Source: Takakia lepidozioides (taxonomy: Eukaryota; Plantae; Bryophyta). Taken from it: DNA of 64,000 nt. The DNA is taken from the NCBI GenBank assembly GCA_030704615.1, contig CM060731.1:25358001-25422000 (forward strand). Reading direction: 5' to 3'. The notes beneath the pieces were generated by a model. It ran no database searches and was not told the DNA's origin. It was given only the letters and a program-made list of their open reading frames with translations. Position numbers and translations under genes: made by a program. This document shows positions 25,676-37,639 of the stretch, one piece after another. Positions within the stretch are counted from its first letter, which is position 1. Each line of letters opens with the position of its first letter.

Positions 25676-26180
25676 GAGAGAATGTACTCCTAAGACGTTT
25701 GCAGGAGGCTTGTGGCTATAGACCCTGTGCCCGATTTAAGTGGAACAAGAGCAAACAGACACTATCTTTGTGAGGGGCTCACCCCAGTAGTGGGACTTAC
25801 CTTGATATAAACAATTTGTTCGGGCTTTCCAAATGTCCTCAATAAAGCCCTTCACACAAGCATCAATCTGGTGTGTGTGATCTGCTCAGCAGTTAGACCC
25901 CAACAGGGCCAGGGCTTTATGCTCAGCCTCAAGGTTTTGAGGGTTGGTAAACAAAGGTGCCTGGACTACGTTATTGATGGTCCTGAAGAGGGTTGCTCTC
26001 TGATGAGAATACCCAGGACATCGTATCAGGAAATGGATAGTCTTTAGGCTGCCTACATGCCAGGCATTGATAATCTCCCTTTCCTCTCTGCATCTGTTTA
26101 TTGTTCAAAGGTAGACTGCCTGCTCTGAGTCTAAACTTCAGTCTAGTGGTGACGGTGGGTAGGCCCTTCAGGTCATCCAT
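25676..26180 (-). mobile_element. 5'-truncated LINE 3' end (ORF2 C-terminal Cys region plus 3' UTR)
   Basis: RLKFRLRAGSLPLNNKQMQRGKGDYQCLAC peptide. The 3' UTR is homologous to the copies in the PAP intron and ends in GAGTACATTCTCTC. Confidence 0.65.
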
Positions 26181-27572
26181 TAGTTCCTCACCCTAGGGAG
26201 AGTATATTCTAACCCAACAAAGCCCACCAACGTATCTGAAGTGTGTGAAAGAGGGAGGGAGAGAAATGGTCCTTCAATTCTCTTGTTCAAGAGGACCTCT
26301 GGTCCCTACAAATGGAGTCCTATCACTTAGAGACCAGGAAAGTTGACATTTTGGGTGATTATGGATGTCATGGCAGGGTCAGGTTGATAATTTATCAGAT
26401 GGAAGAGAGCCTTTACCTGTTGCTGCAGCAGTGTCCTGTTCAGAGCGAGCTTTTGCAAAACATGTGTTTGGCAAGAAGCTTAGGAGACATCTAGTACCTG
26501 CATGTGGCTTTATAAGGAAGGATTTTGTTGGCCAGTATGTTTCCAGCAATAATGCTTTGTTTACTCTTTTCCTTGTCCATGGAATTTGCAATTAAAACCT
26601 GTTGAATGACTTGAAGTAGTTGATTGGCAGCTGTGCTATTGTGATCCATTCGCTTTGGTTGCCTGCTGTTCTCTCTGTTCACATATTTTTACCACCAGCT
26701 TCTCGCAGTTTTTCTGGGTTGTCATATTTTAAGAACCTGTAGGCTAATTATGTTGATGTTTCTCTCATGGTCGCCTAATTCGAGTCTGAGTGATTGATGG
26801 GCTTTAAAGATAAAACCATTCCAATGGAGGGGGAGGCACTTTAAATAGTTCAGTTGCAATTGCATTGCAGAGGGATTCTGCATGTGCTAGACAGTGGATA
26901 GAGAAACTGCACATGCACAACAGTTAATCTGAGGCTCACTGCTTTCCAGCTGGTTGAGACTGCTACTTGCCAGAGTTTGAATGTAACAAGAGCAGTTTGG
27001 TGCAATATGAACCAACGTCTCTAGGGGTTTGAAAATACTTTCAAGTCTACTTTTAGTGCCGGTGAGGATCACAGTATGGAATAAGTTCTGGTCTCTCTGG
27101 TCAGGACTGGCCTCTGAGACGAACCTGTTGTAGGATATGTGGATCTAGAATGAAACATCGGAATAGTGGGATGTTGTGAGGGGGAAGGCTAAAGGTTCTT
27201 CTTTTTTCTCTTTTTTCTGAACAGGGAACAGTGGCCCTGAAAAATTATTAAAGAAAGAGAGGAAAAAATCAATATATGAATCAAGACTTTGTTTTGTTTT
27301 GTTTGTTTTGTCGTTGAGATCTCCAAAACAGTGGGCCCAAGCACGGGTGCTTGGTGCCGTTGGAAAGCCCTCGATGAGGAGGGGTGCACGGGCTTGGTCT
27401 CATGATTTTTGGACAAGCGGTGAGGGAGATCTGGAATTTCAAGTGCTTTGGGTCGTTGGAAATTCGGGAAAAATAGCAAAGTGGGCTTTTCCTTGAGCAA
27501 TGATTGGCCCTTTAGGTGGGAGATTTGAAATTTCAAGTACCTTTGGTCATTGGAAATTCGCAAAAACATAGT

Positions 27573-27889
27573 TGTCAAGTTATTTTACCACTAGTGTGAA
27601 GTTAGCTAGGAAATAGCTAGCTTTTATATATTGACATTTGGGATTGACCCAAGTGTCAATTCAGGGGCCAATACATGTTTGGGCACCTGACGTTGTTATC
27701 TTCACGGCAGATCGCGGTGGGCTCATCTTTCTCGAGTTGAGCCTCACCGCGTCTAGCTATGGTGCCGTAGTGTGGATTCCCCATGGCGTGGGGTGCACTT
27801 GGCTCGACTTAATATATGAGTGATGTTTTCATGTGCAAGTATGTGAGTTTGAGAGAGCTTGTATACTTGTATCATTCATTTCCTTATCA
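27573..27889 (+). repeat. Split direct repeat A1
   Basis: Matches 33751-34046 apart from a 21-bp indel and scattered substitutions. Confidence 0.95.
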
Positions 27890-30343
27890 CTCGAGAAAGA
27901 TCAGCTCGAGTCTGTGAGTGCCAGGTTCGAGTTAGTTGTAGCACTTGTGTTTTCAGATCATGAGAAGCGGTTCAGCCTAGAGTGCAGGAAGCCGTGCATG
28001 AGCCTATCCAAAGCGGATAGAGTGCAAAGGCGAACGGGTTGCAAGTTTGCCATGGATAGAGAAGCGGGTAGCCTATGTTGAAGAGCAGCGTTGCATAGCT
28101 CAACGCTATGGCAATCAAGTTTGGCTTCTAGTGTGAAACGGAGAAGATGTTGGCCACAAGTGGGCAAACTGGTGGTCGTCTTCTTCAGCTGCAGGCCGAG
28201 TTAAGGAGCTACAGAAATGTGGGCTGCACATAGGAAATTAGCGTGTTGCAGGTTGGAGATGATATGATCAACTCTAGGTATTTCTGCCCGAAACTAGTTG
28301 TTGCGGGTAGATGAGGAGTAGCCGAATGGTGGAGCTACGAGGGGATGCATTGCAGCTCGTTGGGAGCTTTAACTCCAAGCTCATGAAGAGGTATGAGTGA
28401 AGAGAGGGGCTGATCCCTCTTGTGTGCAAATCAGTGCACTTGTGAAGAATGTGCTGAGTTGGAGTTTCAATCTGAAACTCAGCAGTGTAAGGGCTCTTGG
28501 AGTGGCAAGAGCCGGGCTGGAAGGGCAGCAACGAGGCGCCCTAGAGCCAGGGGATATGCATGAGAAGTGCAGGTGCAACAAGTTTGTAAAGGTGTGTATT
28601 TTCAGATTCGTTTTTGTGGGCTTCATGAAGAAATGGAGCTTGTTGGGCAGCATAATGCTTGCTTGTTGAGTTTAGGGTGCCTCTGGTGGGTCGTGAGAGC
28701 CCAAGAGAGCATGGCAGCAGGTCTGGTGGCTTCGCAGAAGCCATAGCTCATCAGCAGCAGGTGCAGGAGCGAACCCCAGCTCGGGGAGAGCTTGGGAACG
28801 CCCGGGAACGCCTCGGAAACGCATGGGAACTCGTTGGGAGTTCCAGGGAACAAAGAATAGTGGTCGTGATAGGCCGTTGGGGCGGTATCACGAGATACCA
28901 CGAGCCCAGGTCGTGACTGTTGACCGTGACTGTTGACCGTGACTGTTGGAAGTCGTGGTGCGGACACAACGGGTGGGCACGGTGACCAGATCGTAGGGAT
29001 GGCGGGCCGTGAAGGCTCGTGGGAGTGGTACCACGGGGTATCACTGGGCAGCCCGTGGCCAACGAGCGCCTAGGGCGGGCCGTGAGGAGTCGTGGTGGTT
29101 GGAGCCACAGAAGGCCGCGAACAGGTAGAGTGAAAATATATATATATCTTTTTTCACTCGTTTCGTGGGACCTTGATGGGGAGGCTGGGCTCTGAAGAAC
29201 AACGGTTTTGAGCTAGCTGATCCGGCAGAAAAGTCGGAATTGCCTCCCTGTTGCGTTTTAACAAAGGGGATTACTCCCCTGCAGGTAATCTTTTCTGGTT
29301 TTCAGCCCAATTCTTAACTATGGGGGAGACCAGCCTGCAGGTAATTCCTTTGGACAGAATGTTGTTGGGGCCTATATGTACCTCTATTTGCTTCATTTTT
29401 TAACCTTCAGCGAATGGTGTGGTTTCCTGAGGTGGTTCCATTCGGAGGAATGGCTGGTGGACGTAAGGAGGCACTGGCGGACCCTGTGGAGGCTTGCATG
29501 GGGTCTTGGAGGCCAAGTTTCATGAGCTCGTGGAGGGCGGTTTGAGGAGTGTCTACAGGATGCTCTCATGGTCATGCAAGTGAAAGAAGAGAGGAAAAAA
29601 AAAGGTGTTGGGATGAGAGCGTGCTGGGGATAGGCATTGCTTTAGTTTTTCTTCCTCGTGGCTTTCCACCTTCTCTGTAGGCCAAGACCTTTCCATAGGT
29701 GGAGGCAAGAGTCAGTCCGGGTTTGGGCTGGGTTGCAAGAGCAACACTGTGGAGTTGTTTTTGGTATGGGGGACTTGTTGTTTTCATTCTTGTGTTTGGA
29801 TCCCCTCCACACCTGCATGCTTGATTGTGCGCCATGCTAGTTTTGTGTGGGCACTTGATTTTATAGGTGGTTGACTCGGGCTTGATCGCCGATCCAACCC
29901 TAAAGCATGATGTCGATGGTGAGGCTGGGTTGATGACCAGTCAGACCATCTTTGTTTCTCCTGTGGTGAGGTTGGAGGTGATGACCAGCCAACCATAGGA
30001 GTGCCTGCGGGGGATGCAGGTACAAGTGCAGGCTATGCTAGGAACCTAGTATTCCAAACCATAAGCCGCATCAGGTTCTCTACCCGGTTACCTTGTGGAG
30101 AGGGGATTAGAGACAGGTTCATGACCGGTTGAGTGTCAGTTTGTCAACACGGAGGTGCCACTAGTTGCTGGGGAAAGTGCCGGTACGAGCACTAGCGATA
30201 CTAGCGGGTATACGAGACGAGGTGTGCGGTTTAGGCCACCTTAACCTCCTGTGTCTTCTACGGAAGGTTCTGATTCGGATTGTGAATCAGGAGAACTCAC
30301 ACCGGCGGTGCAAGTTGTTTCCTTGCCATTGTTGTGGGACACA

Positions 30344-31597
30344 ATGGAGGAGATGTATGGAGCCACCAAGGGGCCACGAAGGTACTCTGGGGTGGTGGGC
30401 ACCATTGAGTTGGATGATTTTATCTAAGAATTTGATAGTTGGTGTGACTTGCAGCAAATGCGCAATCCACAACTGTTTACGCCTTATATGGCATGGAAGG
30501 GGCTGTTTTAGTACCTTGAGGGGCTGCCCATGGATGATTACCATGAGTTTAGGCGGGGGCACGATGTTGAGATCCAGGAGTGGAGGATGTACTGGTCACC
30601 CGACTATGTCTCCATCACTAGAGGCACTAGAGGCACAAGGGCAACAGCCACACCGGCAGCTGCACCGGCAGCAACAGCTACAACAACAGCTTCCACGAGC
30701 AATAGTGGGACTAGTGGTACCGCAACTGCAACATCCACCCAAGCTATTGTCGCACCAGCACCAGTGGCGGTGCCTGCCTTGAACCCTGTTGTGGAGTTCT
30801 TCGAAGAGTTGAGAAGGAACTACCAAGGGGTGAGGACAGAGAAGTTGAGGAGCTTGCAAGAGTTCCAACGGAAGCCTACTGAGAGCTTGAGGGAGGCTTT
30901 CACCTGCATGAGGCGCTTGATTAATGTAACCCAAGGGGTTACTGAGGCTCAGGCAGTCCAGTTCTGGTACGGAATATTGGACAAGGAGCTGAGGAAAAGG
31001 GTGCGGGATGCAACTCTCCTACAAGCGCTGGCAGAGCGGATAGAGCTCAACATGGTGGAGGAACGAGTGGTCATGGTGGGATTTGCTAAGGAGACACCAC
31101 GGGGTAGTGGTGCTCCTAGCCAACCACTACCTCAACATGCTCAAGGCAACAAGGGGGCTCAGGTGAAGCCCAGGGAATGGCAAAGAGGACCTCAGATACA
31201 GGGGTCTCTCCCTTCATTTGCTGGCCAACAACGGGCGGATGTGGTGTACTGGACATGTGGAGGACCCCATATCAAGAAGAATTGCCCAGAGGGAGGCCAT
31301 GGTTTGGCACCGGTACAGCCTGCACAGTTGCAGTGTGTGCATTGTGGCAAGTACGGGCATGGAGAAGCCTAGTGTTATGGTTTGCATCCTGAGTTGCGCC
31401 CAGGCCAGTTCCAAGGGAACAATGGTGGCCGGGGGCGAGGTGGAGCAGCCAAGAGAGGACGAGGTGGCCAAGCACGAGGTGCAGGCCAAGGGCAGGCTCA
31501 ACATGGCCAAGGACGCGAAGGCCAGGGTGGTGACCAAGGCATGGCCAACCGGCTTCAGCAGCTAGAGCGGAGGCTCGCTGCCATGGCCACAACTTAG
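30344..31597 (+). pseudogene. gag-like ORF, degenerate (in-frame stops), with two zinc knuckles and an RGG-rich tail
   Basis: Capsid-like LQEFQRKPTESLREAFTCM. Knuckles (Y)WTCGGPHIKKNC and CVHCGKYGHGEA*C. Stops near 30425, 30509 and 31370. Confidence 0.8.
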
Positions 31598-32930
31598 GTG
31601 GTCCCACAATGGAATATGAACAACCATGGCAGGCAACTCCGCCATACCATACATATCATCCTGCTCTCCCGGAGGTGACACATCCTCTGAGTGAGTGTCG
31701 CCATCCAACAACTCTCCAGGCCAAGTCACTGCAGCTGTGAATGCTGCCAGTGTTGGCATCTTGCCACGCTGGGCAACCGCAACTCCTCCTATGAATGTCA
31801 CAAGGAGCTGCACACGCTGGCCCTCCCCTGACTGCCATCCAGGCCTATAGGAAGCTGACTCCTCCAAAAAATCCAGGGTGAAGCCCATGGGGTACAACAT
31901 TGCCCCACCAACAAGGACATCGTACGAGACCGCGTCTGTCACAATGGCCTTGGCTCTCATCACTGAGTCATCTGTAGGATGATCCGGCTGTAGTCGGATA
32001 GCCAACTCACGCCGTGTCATGCCCCGAGCCTGCTCTGATCCTCCCAGAGATGTCTGTATCTGGAAAGGGCACGGCTCCATATCCGCCTCTGTGAGGCCCA
32101 AGCCTGCAATAGCAGCTCTGCCCAGCATCAATGGCTGAGCTCTCAAGTCCAACAAGACCCGCAGTGGCCGGTACCTCTTGCCTGCCGGTCCACTCAAACA
32201 GAAAATGCCATCCTGGTTGTCTAACATGACAACTCCAGGTGTCACCATGACTCGCTCAATGGCTGGCCTAACTGGCAGCTCCATCAACCTGGTAGTTGCA
32301 GCTTGCCATGGCGCCGCCGTGGCAGTCTTGACCCTCACATCCGAGGATCCCTCCGTCACTACGCCTCCCACTATCTCCGCAAAAGATGAAGTAACTTCCC
32401 CACTCTCACAGAGTGTAGCTGCCAGCCTGAACACCTCAGCTGGTCTTACCCCCGGCGTCGCAATCATGGTAGCTGAGAACAATGGAGCCTGACACACAGA
32501 TGTGGCCGCCCCCAGCAGCACACTGGCTGCCATAGCCTTGGCAACACTAGGTAGTGGTGCTGCCCGTGTAGCTCTCCCCAATGACATAGTATCCTCCGCC
32601 TCGGTAACAGTCGGGCGAGAACTAGGTGCCATGGATGGCGTCGACACTGTCTCCGCCAATGCGAATGACTGAGGAAGCCTGGCCTGACGGCTTGCCTCCC
32701 TACGCTGTGGATCCAACTCCACTCGTGCTGCTCCTCGAGTCACTGCCGCAGCCGCCTCTACTTGCATTAGTGGTAGTCCTGCCCTGCACACAGTGGTAGT
32801 GGTAGTGCTGCCCCAACCACAGTGGTAGTGGTAGTGGCACCCCTCACTAGTGGTAGTGCTGCCCCGCACATGAATCCCATGCCTCCCAAGTCTTCTCGAG
32901 CAAGGATTTGTAGCAGGTTGCTGATTGGCG
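31592..32930 (-). pseudogene. Retroviral-type aspartic protease region, inverted relative to gag
   Basis: RVLLDLRAQPLMLG (GAC TTG AGA GCT is two transitions from D-S-G-A) followed by YDVLVG, the two retropepsin signature motifs. Confidence 0.7.
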
Positions 32931-32931
32931 T

Positions 32932-33282
32932 GTGCATCAAGCCTGGATAGAGGCTTTTGTACCGTCAAGAGAGGAGGACAGTGCAGGGATTGCACCAGAA
33001 CCACCTCAGTTGTCACCATTGGATACCACACCGATCGTGTGGCAATGTCCGGATGAAGGCATTTGCCTTCTGGACTTGTTTGGCGGGATCAGCACCGGGT
33101 TGGCTGCTTACCTTGCAGTGGTACCTGCAGGATTGCGTTGCATGCTATGTGGGCATGCTCGTGGTGCCGCCACTATGCTGGTGTGTGATCGATGCTCAAG
33201 AGGTTGGCACATGGGATGCTTGACACCACCTCTTGAGAGGGTTCCTGATGGAGATTGGTTATGTCCACACTGCTTGGGATAG
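32932..33282 (+). pseudogene. C5-cytosine methyltransferase motif-I remnant fused to an intact PHD finger
   Basis: ICLLDLFGGISTGLAA (33061-33108) resembles DNMT3 VLSLFDGIATG. A C4HC3 PHD (CMLC..CDRC..H..C..CPHC) lies at about 33139-33273. Confidence 0.75.
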
Positions 33283-33540
33283 TGGCAGTGGATATGACTA
33301 GTGGCAGCTCACAAGACATGGGAGGCCAAGCTCATAGGAGTCAATACCCAAGATCTTAGGCTCAAGTTCACAGGTTGCAAGACGACAACTAACGATGGGG
33401 CAACTTTTGTACCCGGCCTCTTGATCTATTAAGTTTGAGTGTAGTAGGGACAGTGGTGGAGGACTTTGTGAGGCTATGGCCACTATCACATCTTGTGGCT
33501 ACCTGGACTTGAGGGACCTAAGCGCCAGCTAGGGAGGCAA

Positions 33541-34375
33541 TTGTGATGGACTAGTGGCTGCACTAGTGGTAGCTAATGACAGCCCAGTGGTGGGCTAGTA
33601 GCTGCACTAGTGGTGACTAGTGGTTGTCTAGTAGCAGCCTAGTGGTGCACTAGTGGTGGACTAGTGATAGACTAGTGTTTGGTGTGCACATGTGTTGTGT
33701 GGTTTTGGACAACGATGTAGTTGTGTAGCGATATGTATGCGCACGACAGTTGTCAAGTTATTTTAGGAAATAGCTAGCTTTTATATATTGATATTTGGGA
33801 TTGACCCAAGTGTCAATCCAGGGACCAATACATGTTTGGGCACCTGACGTTGTTATCTTCACGACAGATCGCGGTGGTCTCATGTTTCTCGAGTTGAGCC
33901 TCACCGCGTCTAGCTATGGCGTCATAGTGTGGATTCCCCATGGCGTGGGGTGCACTTGGCTCGACTTAATATATGAGTGATGTTTTCATGTGCAAGTGTG
34001 TGAGTTTGGGAGAGCTTGTATGCTTGTATCATTCTTTTCCTTATCATTGTGATGGACTGGTGGCAGCCTAGTGTTTGACTAGTGGCTGCACTAGTGGTGG
34101 CTAGTGGTGGCTAGTGGCAGCCTTGTGGTGGACTAGTGGCTGCACTAGTGGTGGCTAGTGGCAGCCAAGTGGTTGGACTAGTGGCTGCACTAGTGGTGGC
34201 TAGTGGCAGCCCAGTGGTGGGCTAGTAGCTGCACTAGTGGTGACTAGTGGTTGTCTAGTGGCAGCCTAATGGTGCACTAGTGGTGGACTAGTGATAGACT
34301 AGTGTTTGGTGTGCACATGTGTTGTGTGGTTTTGGACAACGATGTAGTTGTGTAGCGATATGTATGCGCACGACA
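33541..34375 (+). repeat. Split direct repeats B1-A2-B2; B contains variable CTAGTGG-type tandem repeats
   Basis: B1 is 208 bp and B2 is 329 bp, with shared ends (TTGTGATGGAC...GCGCACGACA). The B1/A2 junction reads GACA-GT-TGTC. Confidence 0.93.
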
Positions 34376-34829
34376 TAGCAATATATGAAGCCTCGTCAAG
34401 GGAGATTGCAAAAATAGCATGAAAAGAATTAAATTGAAATAAATTGATTGCACTTGGGCTTAGAATATGGGCCTTGACATAGGAGATGCACTTGGATACA
34501 TAGGAAATTGCACTTGGTCTTAGATTTCAACTCTTCACACATGGGCCGACGGTATAGGCTACACTATAGGTCACACTTGGACTTCGTGAAAAATAGCAAA
34601 GTGGATATATCAATATATGAAGCCCCGTAGGGGAGATTGCAAAAAATATAGCAAAGTGGGCTTTGTTGGAACATTGACATGGAGATCTCCCAAACTTTAG
34701 GGTCTCTGGATGCAACCCCACATCCCCCCTAACGGGTATGCTTGGTTATTTTCTCCACCATTCTTAATTTCTTTGGTTTCTGCCCATACATATATACATG
34801 TAGGAAAACAATGGCCTAAACGTAAGGAC

Positions 34830-35834
34830 CAGTGTTGGTCTGGTATTGGTATCAGACCCGAGTATCAACCTTGGTATCAAGTATCAACCCTGGTATGAGG
34901 GACCAGAGACCAGACCAGCCTGGTCCTAAATTCTACATACCCAAGGCGATACCATTGCTTGGCTTAGCGTAGGGTTAGCGAATACCATACCAGTCTGGTG
35001 TTGATGGCCAGGGTTTAGTATTGATACTCGTTGCAAGCGTTTCGCAACCATTCTTCGACTGGTATCAATTCTTGTGACGGGAAGTAGGAAAGAGTGTTAT
35101 GGCGGCCGCTTCGCAGCTTAGGGTCGGTGGATTGTTGGGCGAACAATCAAGGCTTGAACAAGGCTCTGTCGGTGGCAATGAGATCAATTTCCATGTGCAA
35201 TTCTGCTGTTCATGTATGATGCACTCATCAAGTGTTTTTTACGTCAATTGAAGGCTTGTTTGATACTAGATCCAAGTATGTATACCAGCTGGTATTACTT
35301 GAGCACATTTGTATTGATACCATTGCTTAAATGATTACAAATTTCTCAACATCCTTAGGGCATACTTCCATGTGGTCAAACCCGACCAAAAGATGGTCCG
35401 CCGGGCACTTATATGTGCAAAACCCGGACCCAAACCCTATCTCGGGTCCGATCTCCCAACTCTCCGTGACAAGGTGGAAGTTGGGAGATCGGGTTTGTTT
35501 TGTCGATCAGGCTCTCCATGTGTGTGTAGCATGCGTGGATGTGTGTGAAGCACGCGTGGAAGAAGGAGACTGGCAACACAACAGGCTTGTCTTGGGAGAT
35601 GGGGTGGCTACATGGACGTACCCCTCGCCAAGTCAACGGTCCAGCCCTTGGTCAAACCCATTCCAACGATGATGTCATTGGAAGGGATCTGGTCTACATG
35701 GCTCTTACTAGACTCGTATCTAACTTGAAAAATATCCCTGGTACCAATGTTCCCGTGGTATGTCATTTTGAGAGCCACCCATATACCAAGACCAGCCTAG
35801 TATAAAAAAAAATGTTGATACCAGACCAACACTG
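34830..35834. mobile_element. Non-autonomous hAT element (MITE)
   Basis: 17-bp TIR CAGTGTTGGTCTGGTAT. 8-bp TSD GTAAGGAC at 34822-34829 and 35835-35842, with a third copy at 35843-35850. Confidence 0.9.
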
Positions 35835-36630
35835 GTAAGGACGTAAGGACCTTGTCAATACCTTGGTAAGTCTCTTATGTGAGGACCTTTGTCTTATTAG
35901 TGGCCATTTGATGCTTCTGCATGGGGAGATTGTACAATAAAAAATGTATCATATCCTCAAGTTTGTTTCCGTAAATTTGGCTTTTAGAATTTTTGTCATG
36001 TTTTCTATGTTTCTGGATGTTTCTTCTTGTATGTCATGTGCCGGCATGTGTTGCTATGCTTGAAACAAGATTTGATTGGTCATAGTATATTTTTGTTGAA
36101 TCGTAGCAACGTTAGGTGCTTCTTGAAGATCAAACAAAGGACATATATGAGCCGGCGGCCTTCCTTTTTGAAGCAAAGAAGAAAAAAAACAATTTGAATT
36201 TTGACATGCAACGAAAGATCGACATTTGCAATGCCATATGAAACCTACTTGCTCAAATTTTTTGACACCTTTTGGTTGGGATGATTGTTTGAAGAACTTG
36301 AAAACACAATATTACAGATTGTACATCTATTTTTTTGTATAGCAACAAGCCGCAATATGGGCTCTGGTAGATGTTTCCAACAAACCGTTCCAATCCAACC
36401 CTTTTATTGTGCCCTCTTTATGATCGACATTTCATAGGCACCACAAATGTGGCATGGATTGATAGGAGTCTGGAGATCACATGATGTTTTACCGCAAGTA
36501 GAGTTGCATCTGATGCTAAGGTTGGTCGTGGGTACTTTTAGGCTCTTATCAACCTTGTATTGGAAAGTGTTCATTATGAATTCAAACATTTTGTTGTTTT
36601 CACTGATCTTGTCACTTATTGGGTCTTGTC

Positions 36631-37281
36631 CAGTGTTGGACTGGTATGTCCATTTTTTAATACCAGACTGGTCCTGGTATGTAGGGTCCCACCCCTTTTT
36701 CATACTAGGCTGGTATAGGTATCTATACAGGTATGAGCAACTTGGGTATGAATCTGGTATGAGTAGTTGTACTTTGGGCTATATATGAGTATGGTACTGG
36801 TATTGCCCTTTCTCTGTAGTGATACTAGGGGGGTATGAGCACTGGTATGGTATTTCTACAGCTCACCATACATAGAAATAAATGTCATTTAGCACATACC
36901 TAATTTTAATCCAAGCCGTGAAACACTAGGCAAAGGTAACCCAAAGTAGCACGAAATAGCAAATGAAGTCTAAATTGCAACATGGAGCCTTGAATTAACC
37001 AAATTGTAGTACAGGGTATAACTAGCTGCACTAACATATACTCATACCTACCTCCATTCGCCATGAACTCACCGCAATACTGGTGTCGGGACCATGCTAT
37101 TCCTCCATATACCCAGACTGGCATGGTATGTGTGCGGGGAATCCTAAAGCCATACTCCCCCAGTACGTGTATCACATGGGTACACTGGTTCTTTCATACC
37201 CGACTGGTATGTTCTTCAATATATATATTCATACCTGTATTCCATACCCAGGTTTAACCTAGGTATACCAGTCCAACACTG
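36631..37281. mobile_element. Non-autonomous hAT element (MITE)
   Basis: Perfect 17-bp TIR CAGTGTTGGACTGGTAT. 8-bp TSD GTCTTGTC at 36623-36630 and 37282-37289. Confidence 0.92.
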
Positions 37282-37340
37282 GTCTTGTCCTAGATCAATG
37301 GATCAACTATATTTCAACACTCTTTTGAGTCAAGGGCTAT

Positions 37341-37428
37341 CATGACATACCAGACCGTGGTTTGAATCCACAACCACATCCAACTTGGTATGTGCCCATT
37401 ACCACTGGGCTACATGGTGGTTGTTGGC
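37341..37428 (-). mobile_element. tRNA-derived SINE, partial copy
   Basis: Near-identical to the 40666-40752 part of the 40566 copy. The flank to about 37495 is also shared with about 40836. Confidence 0.65.
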
Positions 37429-37639
37429 GTCATTCATATATATATACCTCCGTTTGTTCTAGTGCAACTTGCATAAACAATATTCTTTCATGTTCACCAC
37501 AAACTCGTATTAAAATATTGTTATGGTATGCAACGATAATTAAATCCATATGATATGAGCATGGAATATCTAGTATAATTATATTATGGTGCATTACTAA
37601 ATTAATAATTGCATATATAAATAGTTCTGAAAAAAAAAT

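Larger units (their letters stand above)
27573..34375 (+). mobile_element. Decayed, internally deleted retrotransposon with split direct repeats (A1-internal-B1-A2-B2), gag, aspartic protease, DNMT remnant and PHD finger
   Basis: A1 27573-27889 matches A2 33751-34046, and B1 33541-33748 matches B2 34047-34375. Termini TGTC...GACA. Flanks TAGT/TAGC. Purine tract AGGGAGGCAA precedes B1. No RT, RNase H, integrase or recombinase seen. Confidence 0.85.

Noticed and set aside
27638-27823. Duplicated 61-aa ORF (also 33795-33980)
   Set aside because: Lies within terminal repeat A, has a non-ATG start, and shows no recognisable domain.
33545-34300. CRISPR-like array from CTAGTGG repeats
   Set aside because: Short degenerate tandem units without unique spacers, eukaryotic context, and no cas genes.
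36447-36630. VELHLMLRL peptide suggesting a second transposase fragment
   Set aside because: Single short motif in decayed sequence interrupted by a MITE, too little to annotate.
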